Part shown: piece after piece, positions 32,401 to 42,350 of the stretch
Numbering within the stretch: position 1 is the first letter of the stretch
How the letters are laid out: every line of letters starts with the position of its first letter
DNA from: Candidatus Poribacteria bacterium
GTDB taxonomy: Bacteria; Poribacteria; WGA-4E; WGA-3G
Direction: 5' to 3'
Assembly: GCA_965205025.1 (NCBI GenBank)
Contig: CBDBFU010000015.1
Span: 413,501-477,500, forward strand
DNA: 64,000 bases
Translations under genes and position numbers: made by a program
The notes under the pieces: model-generated
What the model was told of the DNA's origin: nothing
Seen by the model: only the letters and a program-made list of their open reading frames with translations
The model's database searches: none

Positions 32401-34003
32401 GATCTAAATTAACATAACTAAATCGAGAAGGCAATCGCCCCAACTTCACGTGTTTTATCCACGCGCTATCCGCACTTTTCTTATAATAATGTTGGTATGC
32501 CGGGGGTAGAGTGCCGGTTACGTCAGCGATCCATTGCAAGCTTGTCTGCGTAACAGTTCCACGATCAAGCGTCAGCGTAATAACAGGCGGTGCGACAGCC
32601 GTTGCGGTGAATGTTTCCTTGAGTTCGGTATGTGTGGGACCCGCTGCGGGCATCTTCTCAGGGACAATTGCCTCTATGGTGTGCTTCTCGCCATCAGCGC
32701 CGAGGGTGATCGTCCACGATGACAACCCATCCTCGCCTGTTGGGACTATGTTTTCAGTTACTGTGCCGTCGGGGGCGGTAACCTTCCATGTGACAGGCAC
32801 TTCGTTGAATGTACGGTTTCGAGTTCTTTCAAGTGGATAGGTGCTGTAAGGGGTGTCATTAATGGCACGCACGACAAACGTTGCGCGTGATTCGGGGGTT
32901 CCTTCGTAATTATCAGCTGTCGGAGATTCCTTCACCAGACTCGGCGTAGAATCGAGATACTCGACTCTACGAACCGTTCCTAAGAGGGTTGGTATGTCTT
33001 CGTAGAGGGACGCATAGTCCAGTCTGAAGTTCCAATTCAATCTAATAGAGGTGTCTGCACTTACGACCTTCTCCTTGTTCATAAGCTCCACTAAAGGGGT
33101 GAGATCCTTCAGCAGAAAAAAGCGAGTCCCAGTGGCACTGGTACCCATGTATTGCAGATACAGGTTATGCATAAACACGCCGTCGGGTATCTTGTCTAAC
33201 ACAGAGAGGTCCGAGATCTCGGTGTTCGTAATATCTAAGCTCGCCCAATACGTTATTCCGTCTACTGGCTCCCTCGCACCCTCTAACGCAGGTAGCACGG
33301 CGGATAGACCTTCCTGGGTGATGGCAGTACTATTCATCCTTAAATCTCTCAAAGTACTTAAATTCGCCAAGGGCGAGATATCCCGCAGGTTCCAGTTTAC
33401 CCCGATCCGAAGCACTTCCAAGTTTGTTAGCGTTCCGATCGCTGTTATGTCCGTGATGCTACAACGATCAACGTAAACCCTCTTCAAACTCGTTAAATTT
33501 TGTAGGGGAGAGAGATCTGCAAGCTCGGAATTGGATGTAAGCACTAACTCTTCTAACGCCGATAAAGTCGCTAGGGGTGAGAGGTCTGTAACCCTATGTG
33601 TGTTAAGGCTCAGGAGGGTCAACTTTGATAGGTTCGTAAGGGGGCTCAAATCCGAAAGGGTGTTTGCTGTTGTTCTGGAACTGGGCGGATGTCGTATGCG
33701 ATTGCGCCCGATGTCCACCCTAACTAAATTGGTTGCATGCTCCAACCCCGTTAGACTATTAATGTCTGGACTGTCTTTGACGACTTCATCGAGTCCGCGC
33801 GTCTCCCCAACTCCCGCTATCTCGTTTGCGGTGATGGAGGCTCCAGCAGCCTTGTTGAGTCGATCTTCAATAATTTCACGAAGAGCCGCATTCGGAATAT
33901 CTACCGGGTGATTATCTTCACCACTTACGGTGTGCGGGTGCGCTGGGTACAGCGGTGTCAGAAAAAGTAGACCTATCAGAAAAGCAAGGAAAAGTTTTGT
34001 CAT
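29441..34003 (-). CDS. LRR/FN3/cadherin/Pro-rich/3x lamin-tail protein (paralog 2)
   Basis: Same architecture as 10789-16782; C-term GKMTTQW. Confidence 0.9.
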   Translation of the reverse strand: MTKLFLAFLIGLLFLTPLYPAHPHTVSGEDNHPVDIPNAALREIIEDRLNKAAGASITANEIAGVGETRGLDEVVKDSPDINSLTGLEHATNLVRVDIGRNRIRHPPSSRTTANTLSDLSPLTNLSKLTLLSLNTHRVTDLSPLATLSALEELVLTSNSELADLSPLQNLTSLKRVYVDRCSITDITAIGTLTNLEVLRIGVNWNLRDISPLANLSTLRDLRMNSTAITQEGLSAVLPALEGAREPVDGITYWASLDITNTEISDLSVLDKIPDGVFMHNLYLQYMGTSATGTRFFLLKDLTPLVELMNKEKVVSADTSIRLNWNFRLDYASLYEDIPTLLGTVRRVEYLDSTPSLVKESPTADNYEGTPESRATFVVRAINDTPYSTYPLERTRNRTFNEVPVTWKVTAPDGTVTENIVPTGEDGLSSWTITLGADGEKHTIEAIVPEKMPAAGPTHTELKETFTATAVAPPVITLTLDRGTVTQTSLQWIADVTGTLPPAYQHYYKKSADSAWIKHVKLGRLPSRFSYVNLDLEPGTSYDFQLFALRGESQIEPGSNVLTASTLSRTPPGPRPPEPPPEPPAPVNHPPVFRSASAVNVAENTTAVVTIIAEDPDAEDEITGYAITGGADAALFEIGGASTPADMLRFKVAPDFEMPGSAANSNVYTLILTATSGVGDRELTATQTLIVTVTDVDEPVEPPVEPPEEPPVEPPVEPPVEPPVEPPVDPPVEPPVEPEPPVDPPDEPSIYPPGDVPPVDTPPVTVPPIPLATHCFIFNEINNVGEDSNDWIELKNLYAAEIRLKDWEISIVANRGDAADQDVDIVSFPDYRLPSGGVLLITNTDPSETRLASGLNIATGARQKGAQHPYLVAPDLKLPGTPYLLILRHARDKNGTPASIEDVAGNYLRGYGSTEVWPLANTRRPLAPVAPLTEEGTWQRSDVRLPGYLAAAWTVSESQSGLGYDPNTSGPGTPGYGALRVLTPTLPDEVRISELMYDFSGASSEWIELYNASQTPINLKDYQLDIETRTDGTHRHARLVLKSFSLPPKQTVLLGTGRSGESSDALPTERIFHLSSTQPGVFSRQLKNKIFGTEGFSLKLIHPTGRVVDRVGNLDGDEHTDDLPTWTLPDSMTPQGHRFSLLRNFEDGDVLKGTKASGWMSAVSVAIGINAYYGHPTDIATPLFLHQIVPGTSPTVALSISEIMFETKTRSRTLPQWIELYNPSFTDSVKLKDYQLVVETLQEGKHQQIVMTFEAFDVLPNQTALLITARGVHSKHLPANRTYNLFQRHPKTFSPMPNRFRLLSSDGFLIQLTDATGNVVDTIGNLDGYPYTKDTPAWTLPPGETSDGARASLRRLYKKRLPLDGRHVKAWVSTADVPPKIITYYGDATDVGNPGYRKGTPLPVTLSSFTAEHTADGVVINWTTESEVDNAGFYIYRSQTKAGKFQRVNTELIQGAGTTGERTEYTWMDNTAKANTVYYYKIEDVSYAGVHQTLTTTRLRGLISAKGKMTTQWASFKKGRE

Positions 34004-34313
34004 CTGAAACTCCTATGTTTTTGAAAGAATCCTGGTCCTTATCTAAATCGTTTTTTTCACTGCATTGAAGGCAAAACAGAAGAAACTACTACAACTACTA
34101 ATTTCAGCAGGTTTGAGAGCCGGTTCAACAACTAAAACATTAAGGACTGCGGATTTTTGATAAATTAACTTGATTGCCGTTAACTCAGTCGGCTGTAACA
34201 TCATAGAAACATACTCCTTCTGATGGCTATTCCGCAATACGCGGATAACCTTGTTTTCAAATAGATAGATCGTTGAGTGTCTCAGTTAAAGGGACTTGTG
34301 TTGTTGCATCCTG

Positions 34314-37300
34314 TTACCGTCCCTTCTTGAAAGATGCCCATTGCGTTATCATTTTCCCTTTAGCAGAAATTAATCCGTGCAGGCGCGTTGTCGTAAGCGT
34401 TTGATGCACACCCGCATAAGACACATCTTCAATTTTATAGTAGTAAACAGTATTCGCCTTCGCGGTGGTATCCATCCACGTATATTCAGTGCGTTCTCCC
34501 GTTGTGCCAGCACCTTGTATCAGCTCGGTATTAACTCGCTGAAACTTGCCTGCCTTTGTTTGACTTCGGTAGATGTAAAACCCCGCATTGTCTACCTCTG
34601 ATTCAGTTGTCCAGTTGATAATAACCCCGTCAGGTGTATGCTCCGCTGTGAAACTCGACAACGTCACAGGAAGTGACGTGCCTTTGCGATACCCAGGATT
34701 ACCCATATCCGTGGCATCCCCGTAATAGGTGATGATTTTCGGTGGAACGTCTGCTGTAGACACCCATGCTTTGACATGCCTACCATCTAAAGGCAGCCGT
34801 TTTTTGTATAACCGTCGGATAGATGCGCGGGCACCATCGCTTGTTTCACCGAGTGGCAGCGTCCATGCAGGTATGTCTTTGGTGTGCGGGTAGCCATCTA
34901 AGTTGCCGACAGTATCCACAACGTTGCCGGTAGCATCAGTGAGTTGTATCAGAAACCCATCACTGCTGAGCAGGAGAAACCGATTTGGCATGGGTGAAAA
35001 AGCCTTCGGGTGACGCTGAAACAGGTTGTAGGTGCGGTTATCAGGTAAATGCTTCGAATGCACACCGCGTGCAGTTATGAGCAACGCTGTCTGGTTCGGT
35101 AACACATCAAACGCCTCAAGCGTCATAACAATCTGCTGATGCTCATCCTCTTGCCGCGTCTCAACAACAAACTGGTAGTCTTTTAGTTTCACCGAATCGG
35201 TAAAGGACGGATTATAGAGTTCAATCCACTGAGGCAAGGTTCGGGATCGGGTTTTTGTCTCAAACATTATCTCACTGATACTCAAGGCAACCGTCGGACT
35301 TGTGCCGGGAACGATCTGGTGCAAAAATAACGGGGTAGCAATATCTGTCGGGTGTCCGTAATATGCGTTTATGCCAATGGCGACCGATACGGCAGACATC
35401 CATCCCGAAGCCTTTGTGCCTTTTAGCACATCACCATCAAAACGACGTAGCAGCGAAAAACGGTGTCCCTGTGGTGTCTTACTATCGGGTAGCGTCCATG
35501 TCGGCTGATCATTTTTTGTATCTTTATCACCATCAAGGTTACCGACGTGGTCAACGACGCGACCGGTAGGGTGTATCAGTTTTAGAGAAAAACCCTCTGT
35601 ACCGAAGATAGTGTTTTTGAGGTGTCGTCTGAACACATCTCGGTGTGCCTCAGAGATATCATAAATCCTTTCGGTCGGCAGTGCATCCGAACTTTCACCC
35701 GGTCCTGCCACCAAAAGTCCTGTCTGTTTCGGCGGCAGCACAAGGGTCTTGAGCGTTAGGGTAGCATGTCGATGTGTTCCGTCTGTCCGGGTTTCAACAC
35801 CTAACTGCCAACCTTTCAAATCAACGGGTGTTTGAGACGCGTTATACAACTCTATCCATTGGGGAGATGTACCCGAGAAATCATACATGAGTTCTGTGAT
35901 CCGAACTTCATCGGGTAAGGTCGGGTTGAAAACAACCTCTGCTGCATTCGCGTTAGGGGAGAATAGGACATTCTCTCCATCATCAAGTGCGTTGGGGGCG
36001 GATCCGATACCCGGTGGTGATTGGTTCACTGTCCATGCAATGGCAAGATACCCACGTTCGCTGGCATCTTTGCGCTGCCAATTGCCTACCTCGCTCAGCA
36101 GCGCTGCAGGCGCACTTGGACGACGCGTATTCGCAAGGGGCCAGACCTCCGTGCTATTATTGTTCTCAACAGCACTTCGGAAATAATTGCCTGCGACATC
36201 TTCAATCGACTCTGGAGTGCCGTTTCTACTGCGCGCATGCCGTAAGATCAATAAATACGGTGTACTCGGCAGCTTCAAATCAGAAGCAACAAGATACGGA
36301 TGGTGTGCACCCTGCTGCCGCCTTTCACCTGGAGCAATATTCAGTCCATCAATCATCACCGTCTCATCTGGATCGGTATTGGTAATAAGCAGCACACCAC
36401 CCACCGACAATGTGTAGTCTGGAAACGATGCAATGTCCACATCTTGATCCGCATACTCCCCCTCGCTCGCGACGATACTAATTTCCCAATCCTTAAGCCG
36501 GACATCCGTGCCACATACATTCTTGAGTTCTATATAGTCGTTTGTGTTATCAGAGGCGTTGCGTATCTTGTTGAAAATAACACGATACACCAACGGCAGT
36601 GTGACAGATGTGAAAGGGTCATAATAGGGGTCATACTGCGATTGGATTTCTGTCCATGCAGTGGCAAGATACCCGCGTTCGCGTATGTCTTTGCGCTGCC
36701 AAACACCTACCCAGTTCAACTCGGCTACAGGCACACTTGGACGATGTGTATCGGCAAGAGGCCAGACCCCCACAGTGTTGTTAACAGTGTTGTCAACAGT
36801 GGTTCGGAAATAACTACCCGCAACATCTTCAATCGACTCTGGGGTGCCGTTCTTCTCACGCGCATGCCGTAAGATCAGCAGAAAAGGTGTGTCCGGTAAT
36901 TTCAAGTCAGGCGCAACAAAATACGGATACAGCGCGTCTGTCTCCTGCTCACTTGCACCAATATCCAACCCACTCGCAAGCCATGTCTCGCTTGGATCGG
37001 TGCTGGTAATTAACAACAGGCCTTGTGTAGGCAATATATAATCCGGGAAAGATACAATGTCCACATCTTGATCCGCATACTCACCCGTGCTCGTGACGAT
37101 GCTGATTTCCCAATCTCTGAGTCTAACATCCATATCACATACATTCTTGAGTTCTATATAGTCGTTTGTGTTATCAGAGCCATTGCGTATCTTGTTGAAA
37201 ACAACACGGGACACCACCGGCAGCACGGGTGAGGAATCACGTAGGTAACCGGGTGTGCCAAGACACATTGAGACTGGGGCATGCCGATCATAACCGAGGT

Positions 37301-40300
37301 GCCCATGATACCCGCTCGGTATCCACGCAGCAGCAAGATACCCCGGCTCTTCCAAACGCTGACGCTGCCACGCACCAAATTGGGATAACGGTGCTGTTGC
37401 TTCTGTCGGATTAGGCTTGTAGGAATGCGGATAAACTTCGGTATTATCATACAATACTGGCCAAATGTAATTACCAACAGCATCTTCAATTGTTCTTACG
37501 AAGTCTCCATCTTTCTCCTGCACATACCGTAAAATCAGTAGATACGGTGTGCTTGGTAGTTTTAGACGCTCCGCGACGAAATACGGATGCTGTGCACCGT
37601 GCTGCCTTACACCTGTCGCAATATTTAGTCCACCAGCAACCACCGTCTTGTCCGGATCGGTGTTCGCAATCAGCAGCACACCACCCATCGACAATGTATA
37701 ATCGGGGAACGATATTATGTCCGCATCTTGATTCGTATACTTACCCTCGCTCGTGACGATGCTGATTTCCCAATCTCTGAGCCGGACACCCTCGCCACAG
37801 ACATTCTTCAGTTCTATCCAGTCGTTTGTGTCGTCAGAGGCATTGCGTATTTCGTTGAAAACAAGACGATGTGTTACCGGCTGAGAAGGTGAGGGATCAA
37901 GATCGTAGCCGGGTGTGCCAAGACATACCCACGCTGGGGCATGCCGATCATAACCGAGGTGCCCATGATACCCGCTTGATACCCAAGCCTCTGCGAGATA
38001 CCCTGGCTGTTCCAAACGCTGACGCTGCCACGCACCGAAATCCGTCAATGGGGCTGTTTCCTCCGTCTGGGGTGACGCTTCAGAAATGGATAAACAAAGG
38101 GATAAACTTCGGGACCGTCGGACAACACTTCCCAAAAATAATTACCAGCCACATCCGCAATCGTCGGGTCTTTGTCTGCCGATACTGTTCGTTGTAAAAT
38201 CAGCAGAAAAGGTGTGCTCAGTAGTTTCAGACGTTTCGCAACGAAATATAGATGCTGCGCACCTGATTCCCGCGCACCTGTGGCGATATTCAACCCACTC
38301 GCAAGATGATTCTCGCTCGGATCCGTATTCGCAACTAGCAACAATCCCTGTGCAGGTAACACAAAGCCGGGGAGCGACACAACAGCTATTTCAGCAACAG
38401 ACTCATTTTTGTCGGTTGTGATAAGACGTATCTGCCATTCAGAGAGGTCAAGCGGCGTATTACACACGTTCTTCAGTTCTATCCAATCGTTGCTATCGTC
38501 CCAGACGTTACCGATTTCGTTGAAGATAAGGGACTGTGTTTCCATAGGAATAGGTGGGCGTGCCGCACCGCTACCGACAACAGACGGTTCCACAGGCGGG
38601 TCAACGGGTGGTTTTTCAGGTGAATCAACGGGTGGTTTTTCAGGTGGATCAACGGGTGGTTCTACAGGTGGTTCTACAGGTGGTTCTACAGGTGGTTCTA
38701 CAGGTGGTTCTACGGGTTGTTCTACAGGTGGGTCTACAGGTGGGTCTACGGGTTGTTCTACAGGTGGCTCAACGGGCGGTTCTATAGGCGGGTCAATGGG
38801 TGGTTCTACGGGTTCGTCAACATCTGTCACAGTAATCGTCAGTGTCTGGGTTGCTGCCAACTCACGATCCCCAACACCACTCGTTGCTGTGAGGATAAGA
38901 ATACAGACGTTGTCCTTATCGGCATCTTGAGGGGTCTCAAAATCCGGTGCAGCTTTGAAACGCAACATATCGGATGGGCTCCGCGCGCCACCAATCTCAA
39001 GCATTGCTCGATCTGCGCCACCGGTAATCGCATAACTCGTAATCTCATCATCCGCGTCAGGGTCTTCGGCGACGATTGTGACGACTGCTGTTGTGTTCTC
39101 TGCAACATTCACCGACGAGGCACTCCTGAAAACCGGCGGATGATTCACGGGTGCTGGCGGCTCAGGCGGTGGTTCCGGGGGCGGTGGTCTCGGAGGCGTT
39201 CGTGATAGGGTGCTGGCTGTCAGCACATTACTTTCAATCCGATCCTCGCCTCGCAAGCCAAACAGCTGGAAGTCATACGAAGTTCCCGGTTGAAGATCTG
39301 AGTGAATAAAACTAAATCGACGCGCCCTATGTTCAAGATGTGCCACCTTTATCCACTCTCTATCCGCACTTTTCTTGTAATAATATGCGTATGACCCGGG
39401 TAGGGGGCGGCCTGATACGTCAGCGATCCATTGGATGTCTGTATGGGTGGCATTGTCGAGCGTAAGCGTAATAGTAAGCGGCGTGACGGCTTCTGCCGTG
39501 AATGTTACCTTGAGTTCTCCATGCGAGAGTGCCGTATTGGGATTAGGGTAATTAGGGTTAAGGGGCACAGGTAGGCCGGAAGTCGTCTTTGCTGGCACAA
39601 TGGCTTCCACCGTATGTGTCTCGCCATCATCGCCGAGGGTGAGCGGGAAGGATGACAATCCATCATCGCCCGTTAGGACTGTTCGTTCAGTCATCGTGCC
39701 ATCGGGTGCGGTAACCTTCCACGTAACAGGTACCTTCGCGAATTGCCGGTTGTGGCCAGTGCCATGTGGCGTATAAGGTACCCAACCGGCAGGGAATTCG
39801 GGATTTGTATTAATGGCACGCACCTTAAACGTGTATTGTGTTCTGGAGACACCCGTGTAAGATGCCGCTGCCGGAAATTCCCTCTCAAGCATAGGGTTAG
39901 GTTGCGCATATTCGACCTTTGGATGGCTGACTGTACGACCCGTGGTATCGGCTAAGAGTGCAGGTATGTCTTCGTAGAGAGACTCATAGTCGAGTCCATA
40001 GTTATGCAGCAAGTAAATAGAGGTCTTGCCATTTATGAGCTTCCCCTTGTTCATGAGGTCCACCAAAGGGGTAAGATCCTTCAGATGGAAAGGAAATGTC
40101 CTGTCAGGTATGGAGCCCAGGAAGCGCAGATACAGACCCCATAAGAACACGTCGGGTAAGCTGTCTAACACGGATAGGTCAGAGATGTTGGTGCCAGAAA
40201 TTCCAAATTCACCCGATGTAATGCTCGTCGGCGGGTATTCGTCTACCGTCATCTGATCAATTTCTGTTGACATAAAGGGGAGCACAGCGGATAAAGATTC

Positions 40301-40978
40301 GTGGGTGACGAGGGTATTATCAAGCCGTAGAATCTCTAAAGTGCTTAACTCCGTCAGGGGCGTGATGTCCGAGAGATTCCGATTGCTCTCAAGCCTGAGT
40401 TGCCTCAAATTTGTCAGACCGCTGACCCCTGATATGTCCGTGATCCGATTGTGTTCAAGTCGTAGGTGAACGAGCTCTGTGAGTTTCGATAGGTCTGGGA
40501 TCCGGCTAATGCCATAGGTATAAACAAGGGCCACATCTCTAAGGTTTGTTAAATTCGCGATGGGTGTCATGTCGAAAACGACAGATCCTTGAATCGTCAG
40601 ATGTTCCAAGTTCGTGAGTTTTGTTAGAGGCTCGAGATCCGCCGTCCGCCAACGCGGACGGGCGTTTAATTCTGCCTGGGTTTGAGGAGGAGGCTGACGT
40701 AATGTCAGTCTCGTGAGGTTGACAGCATGCTCCAAACCTCTCAGATGACGAATGTCTGGGCCATTTGCGAAGACATTCGCCAGTGTCTTCATATCGTCTG
40801 CGGTGATCGGATCCGTAGGTGCCTTAGCGAGGCGGCCTGCGACGATTTTACGGAGCTCAGGATCCAGTATATCCACCATGCTGTGATTCTCTACACCATT
40901 TACGGCGTGCGGGTATGCCTGGTGCAGCGATGTCAGAAAAAGTAGACCTATCAGAAAAGCAAGGAAAAGTTTTGTCAT
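34314..40978 (-). CDS. LRR/FN3/cadherin/Pro-rich/6x lamin-tail protein (paralog 3), one frameshift (~2221 aa reconstructed)
   Basis: ORFs 38045-40978 and 34314-38135 join collinearly with paralog 1 if one base is added near 38084-38086. Confidence 0.85.
38585..38815. repeat. 12-bp coding tandem repeats (PPVE/PPVD linker); also ~14410-14570 and ~31765-31915
   Basis: ggttctacaggt units. Confidence 0.9.
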
Positions 40979-41116
40979 TTGAAACCCCTTTGTTTTTGAA
41001 AGAATCCTGGTCCTTATCTAAATCGTTTTTTCACTACATTAATGTACAAACAGCAGAAACAACTACAACTCATGCCAGATATGGTATAATTAATTATATA
41101 GTTATAATACGTCAAT

Positions 41117-41608
41117 TTGCAGTTTTAATCAAATTATATATTTAGTTATATGACGTCAACTATTTTTTATTATTCTGTAATAATTTTTTAGTCGTTTATA
41201 ACTAACTACTAACGTGAGTTTGATAAATAGTTAGATCTTCCACATTTCCTCTTAAAGTCCCCCTGATAAGGGGTGGGGAATCCTAAATAACATTCATACC
41301 CGGGGAATGCCTAATGAAGATTAATTTTTAAATTCGGTAATTTTGGAGAAAGATCCAGTGCGGTTAGGAAACCGCACCTACCGGGTTTGGGAAAATTAGA
41401 ATTACCGAAATATTTAGTTAATCTTCATATGGCATTCATACCGTTGATTCCTTGATTCTTTAGGGGGGTAAAACACCGAAATGACGGCTTTTTAAGTCAA
41501 ATTTCACCTTTTTCTGCTTGCAGTTTTAATCAAATTATATATCTTTAGTTGTATAACGCCAACTATTTTTTATTATTCTGTAATAATTTTTTAGTCGTTT
41601 ATTACTTA
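41117..41608. repeat. ~90-bp AT-rich direct repeat (41117-41206, 41518-41608)
   Basis: ttgcagttttaatcaaattatata...aactattttttattattctgtaataattttttagtcgttta twice. Confidence 0.85.
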
Positions 41609-42180
41609 CAAAGGACTTACGCATTTCATCTTAAAATCCCCCTGATAAGGGGTGATTCAGAAAAACACCTCTTTGTACCACAAACTTGGTAGGTTCGGTT
41701 TCCTAACCACGGGGAATGCTAAATGAAGATTAACTTTTAAAATCGGTAATTCTAATACCTCCAGACTTGGTTGGTATTGAGTCCCGTAGGGACGGAATGT
41801 CTATAGCAAAGGTACATATCCACATAATTGAGTCCCGTAGGGACGGAATGTGTATTGAAGTCGTTATCTCCAATATTCTAAGCCCCGGTGAATGCCATAA
41901 GGCATTCACCGGGGAATGACTAAATGTCGTTCATACCGTTGATTCCTTGATTCGCGGGGCGAAAGGTGTGTAGAAAACGTACTAAACCACTAAACCTAAG
42001 CCCCGGTGAATGCCATAAGGCATTCATACCGTTGATTTGCGGGGCGAAAGGTGTATCCTTAACCAGTATAATACCGATAACCCGTATAATACCGAATTAT
42101 TATTTTAATCTTCATTTAGTTTGTAATCTTACCCTTTCCCCTCTCAAAACACTCTTATCCGCGTAATCCGTGATTCAGAA
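41211..42180. repeat. Cluster of nested MITE/REP-like elements
   Basis: TIR pairs ATGAAGATTAA/TTAATCTTCAT (41314-41428, 41723-42115), GAATGC hairpins, REP doublets. Confidence 0.85.
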
Positions 42181-42272
42181 TAATATTCGTAGGTCGGTAG
42201 AGCGGAGCGAAAACCGTCATCTTCAACGGGAGATTCTAAAACTAAATAACCCTATATGCAAATGAACAAAAC

Positions 42273-42301
42273 TTGACAAAAAATAGGATTCTTGATAATA
42301 T
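42273..42301 (+). promoter_or_regulatory. Putative sigma70 promoter
   Basis: TTGACA-17 bp-TAATAT with TG extension. Confidence 0.5.
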
Positions 42302-42350
42302 ATACTCATAAATTATGTAAAAATTCGACATTTGTGAGTGTCTACATACC

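Noticed and set aside
1626-40978. Diversity-generating retroelement behind the variable repeats
   Set aside because: No reverse transcriptase in the window; differences include indels and all base types, not adenine-specific
1-41000. Integron cassette array
   Set aside because: No integrase, and spacers lack attC RYYYAAC/GTTRRRY boxes
41211-42180. CRISPR array
   Set aside because: Repeats are nested and irregularly spaced, with no unique equal-length spacers or cas genes
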